Positions 1 to 8,217 of a stretch of DNA of 64,000 bases are shown one piece after another (the stretch's first letter is position 1; each line of letters begins with the position of its first letter). Position numbers and translations under genes: made by a program. The stretch comes from an uncultured Myxococcales bacterium (lineage in GTDB: Bacteria; Myxococcota_A; UBA9042; GCA-2863065): NCBI GenBank assembly GCA_964545715.1, contig CAZJHX010000014.1:17789-81788 (forward strand), written 5' to 3'. The notes under the pieces were generated by a model that saw only the letters and a program-made list of their open reading frames with translations, was not told the origin of the DNA and searched no databases.

Positions 1-484
1 CTGGCGAGCGGGCGATGGCCAGACGTCCCAGCCCGCCACACAGGAGCAGCGGCGTGTCGCGCTCCAGCCTCACGACGGACTGGATCACGTACGGCGGCTC
101 TACTGGCGAGCGCAGCACAAACGCGATGGCGCCCCCCTCCCCCGCGACCGCCTCGGCGCACGCATGCCGCGTCTCCACCGGGTCCGCCGGCAGCTTGCCC
201 GGCACCTTGATCCCGCGCACGTGGCGGCGCGGGACAAGCCACTCATCGGTCCCACCTGCGATGCGCACCAGCGCGAAGCGGGCGCCGCATCGGGTGACCT
301 CACCACAAAACGTCAGGCTGCGGATGTCGACCTGCTGCTCGGACGGCAGACGCCTGGCGCAGCCGTCGGAGCCAACCTGGTGCAGCACCGGCTTTCGGAC
401 CGCGCTCTCCACCGGGACGCAGCGCTCGTCGGCCCGGCCGTCGACCGCGACAAACACCACCAAAACGACGACCAGACGGCGCAT
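1..484 (-). CDS. Partial CDS (N-terminal ~160 aa; gene runs off the left edge): hypothetical secreted protein
   Basis: On the minus strand an ATG at 484-482 opens a frame with no stop down to position 1 (MRRLVVVLVVFVAVDGRADERCVPVESAVRKPVLHQ...). A signal-peptide-like N-terminus is present. The ATG overlaps the TGA of the upstream gene (TGATG), suggesting translational coupling. It is absent from the ORF track because it has no in-window stop. Confidence 0.4.
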   Translation of the reverse strand, partial: MRRLVVVLVVFVAVDGRADERCVPVESAVRKPVLHQVGSDGCARRLPSEQQVDIRSLTFCGEVTRCGARFALVRIAGGTDEWLVPRRHVRGIKVPGKLPADPVETRHACAEAVAGEGGAIAFVLRSPVEPPYVIQSVVRLERDTPLLLCGGLGRLAIARSP

Positions 485-1848
485 CAGCGCACCCGCCCCA
501 GCTCGACTCGAAGTGTCTCCTCCAAGTCGGGAAACCGAAACTCGAAGCCGGTGCGCTGCAACGCCGCGGGCTGCACACGCGCGCCCTGGAGCAGCGTCTC
601 CTGCCCGAGCTCGCCGAAGATCAGGCGGACCGCGGCTTTGGGTAGCGGCACGAACACGGGGCGACGCAGCACCCGCCCCAGGGTCTTGGCGAAGCCCTCG
701 TGCGTCTGTGCGTTGGGTGACACGATGTTGAAAGGCCCGACCAGCGCGGGCGTGAAGGCGGCGTGGTGCAGCGCTCCGAGCACGTCATCCAGCGCGACCC
801 AGGACAGCCACGGGCGACCGTCGCCCGCCACGGCGCCCACGCCCATGCGAAACGGCGGCAGCATCTCCGCTAACGCCCCGCTACGCTGCGACAAGGCGAC
901 TCCAATGCGGGCGTTGGCGACCCGGATACCGGCGTCCCGAGCAGGTTGAGACGCCTGCTCCCACCGGCCGCAGACGTCGGCCAGAAAGCCGCCGCCCTGG
1001 GGGGCCGTCTCGTCCACTGGCTCATCCCCACAGTCGCCGTAGAAGCCGATCGCCGAGGCTGAGATCAACGTGTGCGGCTTGTTTGTCAGCCCGGCCAGCG
1101 CAGTGCTCAGGACGGTGGTGCCATCGACTCGGCTGTCCATGATCAGGCGCTTGCGCGCGTCGGTCCAGCGTCCTCCGGCCACGGGCGCACCGGCCAGGTG
1201 GATGACGATGTGGGCGCCCTCCAGCGCTGCCGCGTCGATCTCGCCGCGGGCCGGATCCCAGGCGATCTCATCCTCGCCGGGCTGACGGCGAACCAGCCGG
1301 CGCACGCGGTGGCCACCGGCAGTCAGAAACGCGGTCAGCGCCTGCCCGATGAGGCCCGACGCGCCGCTGATCACGACGTCGGCAGGCTCGGCGTCCACGG
1401 CGGCATGGCGCAGCAGATCATGCGCGACCCGGGTGTGCCGCCATCGAAAGGTGCGCTGCAGATTGCGCTGAACGTATCCCCCGGCGACCAGCGCGCCAAG
1501 ACCGCCCAGCGGCAGGTCGTATTCGATGCTGTCGTCCAGGGTGCAGCCGTCGCCATCGGGCACAAAGCGATGCGTGTGCTCCCAGCGGGAGAACGGCCCG
1601 GCCAGCTGGACGTCTTTGAAGCCCAGCTCGTGGCAGTCGCGATGCTCCGCCACCCAGGTCAGCGTCAGCGGCCAGCGCGACAGCTTCAGGTCCCACCGGC
1701 TGCCGTCCTCGACTCCGCCGGTGCGCGCGGCGACCCGCAGATTCTCCCAGGGCGGTACCAGCCGCTCGAAGCCACCGGGTCTGCCGTGCCAGGCACACGC
1801 CTGCTGCGCGCCGACTCCGACTGAGCTGCTGTAACTGAAGGTCGCCAC
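484..1848 (-). CDS. Fusion protein: SRPBCC (START/polyketide-cyclase-like) domain plus TIGR01777/YfcH-type NAD-dependent epimerase-family domain
   Basis: The C-terminal two thirds carry a glycine-rich NAD-binding motif (VVISGASGLIGQALTAFL) and the YfcH/DUF1731-type tail. The N-terminal ~140 aa (FSYSSSVGV...WDLKLSRW...HTHRF) look like an SRPBCC ligand-binding domain. The ORF-track Met at 1986 overlaps the next gene. A GTG at about 1848 (IVVSVATF) is the more plausible start. Confidence 0.7.
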   Translation of the reverse strand: MATFSYSSSVGVGAQQACAWHGRPGGFERLVPPWENLRVAARTGGVEDGSRWDLKLSRWPLTLTWVAEHRDCHELGFKDVQLAGPFSRWEHTHRFVPDGDGCTLDDSIEYDLPLGGLGALVAGGYVQRNLQRTFRWRHTRVAHDLLRHAAVDAEPADVVISGASGLIGQALTAFLTAGGHRVRRLVRRQPGEDEIAWDPARGEIDAAALEGAHIVIHLAGAPVAGGRWTDARKRLIMDSRVDGTTVLSTALAGLTNKPHTLISASAIGFYGDCGDEPVDETAPQGGGFLADVCGRWEQASQPARDAGIRVANARIGVALSQRSGALAEMLPPFRMGVGAVAGDGRPWLSWVALDDVLGALHHAAFTPALVGPFNIVSPNAQTHEGFAKTLGRVLRRPVFVPLPKAAVRLIFGELGQETLLQGARVQPAALQRTGFEFRFPDLEETLRVELGRVR

Positions 1849-1957
1849 CGAAACTACGATCCCATGAACATAGCCCGGGACACAACGACGCGCATCGGTC
1901 AGACGACGTAGATACACCTGGAAAAAATGTCCCAAAAACGGTACAAGGGAGCCGATT

Positions 1958-3406
1958 ATGGGCGAACCAAAAACCACCACTCGCAAGGCTGAAGCTCAGA
2001 AGGCGACGGACGGCCCCACGCCCGCGCCACGCAGCAATACAGCCGTCCAGCTCGCGGGCCAACCATACGACGTGCAACGACGCGCGCTGCAACCCGGCCA
2101 GGGTGGCTACAACGCCCAGGCGCAGGCGTTGCGCCCCGGCGGCAACCTCATCCAGATGAACAAAGAGGGCGAGAAGGACCCCAATCCGGCGCCCGGTCCG
2201 CACGCCGCCGACCCCAGCGCGGACGCTCTGACGTTTGCCAATCCGGTGAGCATCTCGGTGCCCAAAGTCGCGAACATCGCGCGCATCAAGAACGTGGTGA
2301 GCCGCAACGACGTCATCAACCAGAGCTACAACCAGTTCGACGGCGCCATGACCCAGTATCTGGGCCAGCCGACCATCTCCAACTGGCTCACCTACGGCCA
2401 GCATGCCTCCCGCGGTGTCGGCGACCACCTGCGCAACATGGAAGCGGCGCTGCGCACCATGAACGAGGCGTTTACGATTTTGAACGCCATGCTGTCTCTG
2501 AGCATGGGCACGCTGCTGAGGAAGCTGCCGGATGTGGGCAACATCCTGTCGCGCGTCTACGCGCTGACGACCGCCCCCGGTCTGATCGGCATGGGCGTCA
2601 AGCTGGCGCTGCAGAAGGCGGGGATCTCGCCCAAGATGCTGCGCGATACCGCCAAGTCGGCCGTCGATCTCGTCAGCAGCCTGGACTGGCCGTGGAAGAA
2701 GATCGAGCAGGCCGCCGAGATCGCCGCGTTCCTGACGCTGCTGGTCGGCGCCATTCCCGGCGTGATTCGCGCGCTGAAGAAAATCTTCAAGAACCTGTCC
2801 ATCGGCAACCGCGCCATCTACCAGGCCATGGCGCCCGTTTACTCGTCGTTCTTGAACGCGGCCAACAGCGCCTCCAACGGCGTCCCTGGCAAGATGACGT
2901 TCAGCGCCAAGGTGGACGGCAAGTCGGTCGATCCCAACGGGCTGCTGTCCGCGGGCTTCGAGCTGTACGGCAAAGTGAAGGCGCTGTCGGACAAGGCCGC
3001 GTCGCCGCTCAACGCCACCGAGAGCGGCAAGGCGCTGGCAGAGCGCCAGAGCCTGGCACATCGCGCCAACATGATGATCGTCACCCAGGAGCAGGTCGGC
3101 GCGCAGCCGCTCTTCGACCAGATGAAAGCCGAGTTCGGCGCCATCGGCGAGGGCGAGATCGGGCTGCCCAAGGGCCAGGTCTTCACCATGGTCAGGGGCA
3201 ACTGGGCCGACTTCGCCACGCGCATGGGCTACAACCCCTCCCGAGTGCGCGACCCCAACAAGATCACGCCGGCCGACTTCGAGGGCCCCAACTCGCTGCT
3301 GTCCAGCAAGCCGAAGAAGGGCACGATCCAGGACCTCTTCTTGTCGAACCTGACCGACACGAAGGTGGTGCACAACGCGCCGTCGCGCATCTCCCCGATG
3401 AAATAG
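1958..3406 (+). CDS. Hypothetical protein, 482 aa, with no signal peptide and an N-terminal ~95-aa low-complexity (Q/A/P/G-rich) region
   Basis: Clean ORF with RBS AAGGGAG 7 nt upstream of the ATG. No domain I recognise. Amino-acid usage (rich in S/N/K/M, poor in R) differs from neighbouring genes. It is followed 10 nt later by a small helical partner gene. Confidence 0.6.
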   Translation: MGEPKTTTRKAEAQKATDGPTPAPRSNTAVQLAGQPYDVQRRALQPGQGGYNAQAQALRPGGNLIQMNKEGEKDPNPAPGPHAADPSADALTFANPVSISVPKVANIARIKNVVSRNDVINQSYNQFDGAMTQYLGQPTISNWLTYGQHASRGVGDHLRNMEAALRTMNEAFTILNAMLSLSMGTLLRKLPDVGNILSRVYALTTAPGLIGMGVKLALQKAGISPKMLRDTAKSAVDLVSSLDWPWKKIEQAAEIAAFLTLLVGAIPGVIRALKKIFKNLSIGNRAIYQAMAPVYSSFLNAANSASNGVPGKMTFSAKVDGKSVDPNGLLSAGFELYGKVKALSDKAASPLNATESGKALAERQSLAHRANMMIVTQEQVGAQPLFDQMKAEFGAIGEGEIGLPKGQVFTMVRGNWADFATRMGYNPSRVRDPNKITPADFEGPNSLLSSKPKKGTIQDLFLSNLTDTKVVHNAPSRISPMK

Positions 3407-3415
3407 GGGCGGCAC

Positions 3416-3835
3416 GTGAGCACCGAAGCCGAGCTGGTCGCGCGCATACAGGCCGCAGAAGCCTCCGAACAATACGCCGAGATGGTCAACGTCCTCACCG
3501 AGCTGGGCGCGCTGATGGCCGCCGAGCAGCGCCTGGACGAAGCCACGGACTCCTTTCGCGCGGCGTCAGAAGCAGCGGTGATGGCAGGCGACACGCTCGC
3601 CGAGGGCAACAGCCTGCGTCGGGCCGGTAAGCTGGCGCTGGCCCGACAGGAATACGACCAGGCCCGGTCGCTGCTGAACAAGGCGCGGACCAGTCAGTCG
3701 GTCAACGGCGACCTCAGCGGCCTGGCCGAGACGCTCAAGGCGCTGGCCGCTCTTCACCGCGCGCAGGGCAACAACGCGGCAGCGGACGAGCTCGCCGCGG
3801 ACGCCGCCCACTACGAGCAGCTCAAAACCCTGTAG
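3416..3835 (+). CDS. Small TPR-like all-helical protein (139 aa)
   Basis: GTG start 10 nt after the preceding stop. The sequence is Ala/Leu/Glu-rich with paired helix-turn repeats (AEMVNVLTELGALMAAEQRLDEATDSFRAA...), resembling a TPR/chaperone-like helper. Co-directional with and tightly linked to 1958-3406. Confidence 0.5.
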   Translation: MSTEAELVARIQAAEASEQYAEMVNVLTELGALMAAEQRLDEATDSFRAASEAAVMAGDTLAEGNSLRRAGKLALARQEYDQARSLLNKARTSQSVNGDLSGLAETLKALAALHRAQGNNAAADELAADAAHYEQLKTL

Positions 3836-3838
3836 GTC

Positions 3839-4834
3839 TTACTCTTCGAACGGGAACGCGACGCCAGTGATCTTCTCCAGCGCGTTGGCGGCCTGAATGA
3901 GCCCGCCGGCGGAGTGATGAATCTTCATCTCCTGGTCCACCACGATGAAGTGCGGCAGGACCGGGTTTCCGCCCGTCCAGTGGGCAGCCGCGGGGCGCAC
4001 CGCGTTGAAGTTGGGGTCGTTCACGGTCAGGATCGGGTCCCCCGTGTTGAAGTCCTTCTCGTACTGAGCCGCGAAGGCCTGGGTCGAGGGGTTCTGGAAG
4101 TTGTCCTGGCCAACGATCATGATCACTTGGACATCGTGTTCCTCGTAGAACTCTGCCATCGCACGGACGGCCGGCGAATTCGCCTTACAAGCCGGTCACC
4201 AGCCCGCCGTTTCCATCATCAAGACGGCTGATTTCATGCCGCAGTACTGGTGGAGCTCGACCGGATTCCCGGCCGTGTCCTTCCACAGCACGTTCTTGAT
4301 CTGGCTGCCGACCTGGATGCCGGTGCCGGCCGCCACGCACATGTCCTGGCTGCCGCACTGGCCGTATTTGTTGCACAGCGCGCCGCCCTCGCACTCACCG
4401 CAGGTGCCGCCGCATCCGTTGGCGCCGCACTGCTTGCCGTTGCAGGCCGGAACGCACTCTGTGGTGCAGGAGGCCGTGTCCGGGTTGCAGACCATGCCCG
4501 CGTCGCAGCTCTCCACGTCGTACCAGGCCAGCCCGTCACCCTTGCAGGCCACGACGACGCCGTCCTGACAGGTCACGGTGCCCGGATCGCAGACCGGCGT
4601 GGGCTCGATCGGGTCGACCGGATCCTCGACGCCCGTCGCCTCGGTCAGGTCTTCTTCGCCGGTGTCGGCCTGCGGGTCCAGCTCCTCTTCTGGAGGCGCT
4701 TTGTCCGTCTCGGCCGTTGGATCCGACTCATTGCCCGCGTTGCCGCCGGCGTCAGGCGAGCACCCGAAGATCAGGCTCGCCGTCGCTAGCGGGATGAGAA
4801 AAAAGGGAGTGCGTACAACCAACTTCATGCTCAC
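3839..4834 (-). CDS. Lipoprotein with a Cys-rich module and a C-terminal TlpA/ResA-like thioredoxin-fold domain, interrupted by a single in-frame TGA at 4196-4198 (candidate selenocysteine; alternatively pseudogene or base error)
   Basis: ORFs 4196-4834 and 3839-4159 lie in the same frame, separated only by a TGA. Read through, the protein gives ...IKNVLWKDTAGNPVELHQYCGMKSAVLMMETAGW-[TGA]-PACKANSPAVRAMAEFYEEHDVQVIMIVGQ..., matching the TlpA-family pattern FxLxDxxGxxVxLxxxxGKxVLLxFWAxWCxPC, with the TGA at the first Cys of CxxC. The N-terminus is MSMKLVVRTPFFLIPLATASLIFGC (lipobox), followed by an acidic linker and a Cys-rich module. Confidence 0.6.
4165..4195 (-). ncRNA. GC-rich imperfect hairpin in the mRNA immediately 3' of the in-frame UGA (possible SECIS-like element)
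   Basis: The mRNA after the UGA reads CCGGCUUGUAAGGCGAAUUCGCCGGCCG. The palindromic core GGCGAAUUCGCC is flanked by CGGC/GCCG, giving a bipartite stem with an internal loop and its apex about 17 nt after the UGA. The position is compatible with a bacterial SECIS, but this is not validated. Confidence 0.3.
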
Positions 4835-5197
4835 TTAGTACGACTGACCGTCGATCAATTCAATAGGGATCTGGAATGCGTCGACGCCCTCAACGCATCC
4901 CAGGTTCACCCGATACTTGCCCGGAAAGGCCGGCCCGTCGTGAAACGGGTAGATCCCACACGTGCTGCAGAAGTGGTGATAGACGTCCAAGTCACCGAAC
5001 TGATACGTGGTCAGCTTGTCCAGCCCCTCGACCGACTCAAAGTCTTCCGGCGGGTAGTATTTCACCGAGACCACCGCGCCTTTTCGGCGGCAGATGGAGC
5101 AATTGCACCGCTTGCCGGCGGTGATCTCTTCGCTGCGAAAGACAAAGCGCACCGCGCCGCAGTGACAGCTTCCCTCATATGTATGCAGTTCGGCCAT
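4835..5197 (-). CDS. GFA-family (glutathione-dependent formaldehyde-activating / CENP-V-like) zinc-binding protein
   Basis: Cys-rich signature EGSCHCGAVRFVF...CNCSICRRKG...HHFCSTCG, typical of PF04828. Three in-frame ATGs are present. I chose the third (MAELHTYEG) to avoid overlap with the divergent gene. Its stop lies 1-2 codons upstream of the start of the TlpA-like gene, so the two are probably co-transcribed. Confidence 0.8.
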   Translation of the reverse strand: MAELHTYEGSCHCGAVRFVFRSEEITAGKRCNCSICRRKGAVVSVKYYPPEDFESVEGLDKLTTYQFGDLDVYHHFCSTCGIYPFHDGPAFPGKYRVNLGCVEGVDAFQIPIELIDGQSY

Positions 5198-5246
5198 GGT
5201 GGCGCGGACCATAGCATGGTGAACTGAGGTCATGAGATGGCGTCAC

Positions 5247-5720
5247 ATGGCGGTGCTGGCGATCGTCGCAACGGCGTGCGGCGGGTGCACGTTTGCCACG
5301 TCAGCGGGCTTCGCGGGCGCGATCCCCGACGATCCCGAGCAGCGCGGCGGTTATGCGCACATCTACACCGGGATCGGGGGCAAGACGCTGCATTACACCG
5401 CCGACGTGCGGGGCCACATCAGCCGGCAATCGGGCGCGATCGGCCTGGGCGGCGGCTTGCTCTCGCCGTGGTTTCCGCGCTCCGCCGTCACGCCGTTCAG
5501 CCACATCGGCATCGACTCGCTGGACTTCGGCTGGGTCGGCAACGAGTTCTCGTTCGGCATGCTCTCGCCGTGGGCCGAGCTGGGCGTGCGGTTCGGCCGC
5601 CGGCGCTTCTTTGTGATAGGCGCGGGAATCGAGTACGTCGTCCGGTTCACACACGCGTCGTCGCCTGTCTACATGGTCTTTATCGGCCTGGGCAGCTACA
5701 AGCCGCTGCGCCTGCGTTAG
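5247..5720 (+). CDS. Small hypothetical lipoprotein, Gly/aromatic-rich (possibly a beta-barrel)
   Basis: MAVLAIVATACGGC lipobox. It runs divergent from the GFA gene. The competing 702-aa ORF 5237-7345 is antisense to the TSP3 gene and has R/A/V/H-biased composition, so this short frame is preferred. Confidence 0.5.
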   Translation: MAVLAIVATACGGCTFATSAGFAGAIPDDPEQRGGYAHIYTGIGGKTLHYTADVRGHISRQSGAIGLGGGLLSPWFPRSAVTPFSHIGIDSLDFGWVGNEFSFGMLSPWAELGVRFGRRRFFVIGAGIEYVVRFTHASSPVYMVFIGLGSYKPLRLR

Positions 5721-8083
5721 TTGTCGATGCCACAGCCGTCGTCGGGGTCCAGCGGGCAGGGGTCGCACACGTCGCCCTTGCCGTCGTTGTCACTGTCCTG
5801 CTGCGCCTGCAAGATGTTGGTGATGCAGTCCACCGACTCGTAGTCGCCGCCGTTGTCGATCAGCGCGTGGAGCACCGCCGAGCCGTCCGTCTTGTCGACC
5901 TTGAACAGCCCATTGAACGTGGTCCCGATCAGCTGCCCCTGCGGGTCGAAGCCCAGGCCCTCCATGTCGTCGATCGTCTCGCCGTCCTCGACCAGCGGCC
6001 CCACCACTTCAGTGGCGCCCGTGTCCTTGTTGACCGTGATGATGTGCGTCTTGGTCCCGCTGTTGTTCTGCAGGGCGTACATCACGCCCGTCGTGGGATC
6101 GATCGCCAGGTCGTCGATGTCGTCGTTTTTGCCGTTCTTCTCGATCACGACAAAGTCCTTGCCCGGGCCGAAGGCGCTCTTGGTCACCAGGCCGGTGAGC
6201 ACGTCGATGCGGATCAGCAGATCCGGCGACACCTTGCGCACGCTGCCGTAGAGGACGCCGGTAGCGGGGTCGAACGACAGCCCATCGACGTCGGCCACGG
6301 ACTGGTCGTTGGCCTTGCCAAATTTGTTCGGCAGCGCCACAAACACGCCGGTGGTCAGGTCCAAGGTCCCCAGCTGATTTGCGTCCGCCGCGTAAAGCTT
6401 GCCGGTCAGCGGATGGAAGGCGCAGGCCTCCACCGTATTCGTCCCGGTACCCGCGCCGATGTTCGTCTCGTTTGTCTTTGGGTCCGGATTGCTCTTGTCG
6501 ACCAGCGTGAGGATGTCGTCGCCGCCCGCGCCGCCACCGTTGTCCGCCACCAAAAAGCACGTGTTCACGTCAGCATCGTCGCCGTTGGGCACCTTGGGGC
6601 AATTGTCCACGTCGCCGCAGTAGCCGTCGCTATCCTCATCGTTGTTGGGATCCGCCGGGCACGGATCGTCGATGGCGCACAGTCCGTCCCCATCCGCGTC
6701 GTCCAGCGGGTCCAGCGGGCACTCATCACAAGCGTTGCCGACGCCGTCCTCATCGGTGTCCAGCTGCGCGGTGTTGGGCGTGTCCGGGCAGTTGTCGCCT
6801 GCGCCGCAGACGCCGTCGTCGTCAGGGTCGTTCAACACATCGCTCAGGCACGGATCGCACACATCCCCAACGCCATCCGCGTCCTCGTCCGCCTGATCCA
6901 GGTTGGCGATGTCGGGGCAGTTGTCCACGTCGGCGCACAGCCCATCCGCGTCGCCGTCCGGCGCGTCCACCGGGCAAGGCTCGCACGCGTCTCCTTTTCC
7001 GTCTTTGTCCGCATCCAGCTGATCCGCGTTGGCCACTGTGGGGCAGTTGTCAGCGCCTGCACACAGGCCATCGCCATCCTCGTCATCGGCGGCGTCCTTG
7101 GGGCACATGTCACACGCGTCACCGGCGCCATCCAGGTCAGAGTCCAGCTGATCCCCGTTAGCCTTATCCGGGCAGTTGTCCACGTCACCGCACACCGAGT
7201 CCCCGTCCGCGTCGTTCAGCGAGTCGAACGGGCACAGGTCGCAGACGTCGCCCTTGCCGTCGCCGTCGCTGTCGATCTGCTCCGGGTCCGGATCCGTCGG
7301 GCAGTCATCGATGTTGTCCGGGATGCCGTCGCCGTCGGTGTCTGAGGGCGGCGGCGTCCCACAGTCCGCGTCGCAAAGTCCCCATCCTGCCGAGCCGAGA
7401 CACACCTGCTCGCCTTCGCAGGGTCCGGCCTCCTCTTCGACCGTGCACGCGACCTTCAGGCCCTCGGTCGCGGTCCCGCAACACGGCAGCTCGCCCGCGG
7501 GCTGACACAGCTCGTCCACGCACTCAAACCCGTCCTTGCACAGCCCCAGCTCACCCTCGCACGTGGCCAGGCACTGCCCGTCCCGACAGGCCGTCGCGCC
7601 CAGGCAGGCGGCGTCGTCCGTGCACTCGCCACAGACCGCGCCCGGCTCGGGAACGCACAGGAAGATGAGGTCGCCGCCCTGCCCCGTCGTCACGCCCTTG
7701 CACGTCCACGCCTCAGGGCACTCGGTCACGCAGTTTTCGGTGCAGATCGTGTTGTCGGGGCCCTCGACGCACCAACCCTCGGGGCAGTCCTCGTTGCTCT
7801 CACACGCGTCGCCGAAGTGTGGTCCGCCAAACTCTTCGGCGCCCGTGTCCGACGTCCCAGAGCCTTCCTCATCCGCGGTGCCGGTGTCGGTCGCGGCGGA
7901 GCCCTGCGTCTCGTCGGTCTCGGTCCCGCTGTCGCCGGTGTCCCCGACGCCGCCGGTCCCCGCTGTGCCCCCGCCGTCCACGGCCGCAACAACGTCTGCC
8001 AGCGCGCCGTCCGGGTCGTCGTCTCCACACCCCAGCAACGCCGAAAACATGCTCAGAAGTGCCATGACCAAGAAGAACCGCAT
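5717..8083 (-). CDS. Large secreted lipoprotein with Cys-rich EGF-like modules, about 12 thrombospondin type-3-like calcium-binding repeats (DxDxDGxxDxxDNCP) and a C-terminal beta-propeller-like region
   Basis: Signal and lipobox MRFFLVMALLSMFSALLGCGDDD (the Met at 8083 is preferred over the ORF-track Met at 8158). Repeated motifs include DSDGDGKGDVCDLCPFD and DADGDGLCAGADNCPTVANADQLD. Confidence 0.8.
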   Translation of the reverse strand: MRFFLVMALLSMFSALLGCGDDDPDGALADVVAAVDGGGTAGTGGVGDTGDSGTETDETQGSAATDTGTADEEGSGTSDTGAEEFGGPHFGDACESNEDCPEGWCVEGPDNTICTENCVTECPEAWTCKGVTTGQGGDLIFLCVPEPGAVCGECTDDAACLGATACRDGQCLATCEGELGLCKDGFECVDELCQPAGELPCCGTATEGLKVACTVEEEAGPCEGEQVCLGSAGWGLCDADCGTPPPSDTDGDGIPDNIDDCPTDPDPEQIDSDGDGKGDVCDLCPFDSLNDADGDSVCGDVDNCPDKANGDQLDSDLDGAGDACDMCPKDAADDEDGDGLCAGADNCPTVANADQLDADKDGKGDACEPCPVDAPDGDADGLCADVDNCPDIANLDQADEDADGVGDVCDPCLSDVLNDPDDDGVCGAGDNCPDTPNTAQLDTDEDGVGNACDECPLDPLDDADGDGLCAIDDPCPADPNNDEDSDGYCGDVDNCPKVPNGDDADVNTCFLVADNGGGAGGDDILTLVDKSNPDPKTNETNIGAGTGTNTVEACAFHPLTGKLYAADANQLGTLDLTTGVFVALPNKFGKANDQSVADVDGLSFDPATGVLYGSVRKVSPDLLIRIDVLTGLVTKSAFGPGKDFVVIEKNGKNDDIDDLAIDPTTGVMYALQNNSGTKTHIITVNKDTGATEVVGPLVEDGETIDDMEGLGFDPQGQLIGTTFNGLFKVDKTDGSAVLHALIDNGGDYESVDCITNILQAQQDSDNDGKGDVCDPCPLDPDDGCGIDN

Positions 8084-8217
8084 AGGCAAACCGTACCACA
8101 AACGGGCCACGCAAAGCCCTTCCGGCGCCAAACTCAGGTGGGGCCGAAAGTCCGGCACGGGTAATGCAGTACCCCCAGACGGCAGCCGGTGGGACGGCGC
8201 GCCAGGGAGGAAGACCG

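Noticed and set aside
1850-1957. Lower-GC intergenic stretch (ctggaaaaaatgtccc) as a sigma-54 or other defined promoter
   Set aside because: No convincing -24/-12 or -35/-10 spacing. Only the AAGGGAG ribosome-binding site is clear.
4160-4198. Treating the TGA-split TlpA-like gene as two separate genes or as a frameshifted pseudogene
   Set aside because: The two ORFs are in the same frame, so there is no frameshift. The downstream piece has no signal peptide or RBS of its own. The split falls exactly at the redox Cys position. Pseudogene or base-error cannot be excluded, but calling two genes is not supported. It is kept as a single CDS with the Sec hypothesis flagged.
5237-7345. 702-aa plus-strand ORF (and similar long ORFs 12311-14176, 15605-17224, 22769-24472, 35668-36768, 36492-38342, 48909-50084, 55131-56960, 10895-11791, 50053-50862)
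   Set aside because: Each lies antisense to a gene with strong family signatures. Their products are Arg/Ala/Val/His/Gly-rich with no motifs, which is the classic pattern for antisense frames in roughly 70 percent GC DNA. These were judged artefacts of the six-frame track.
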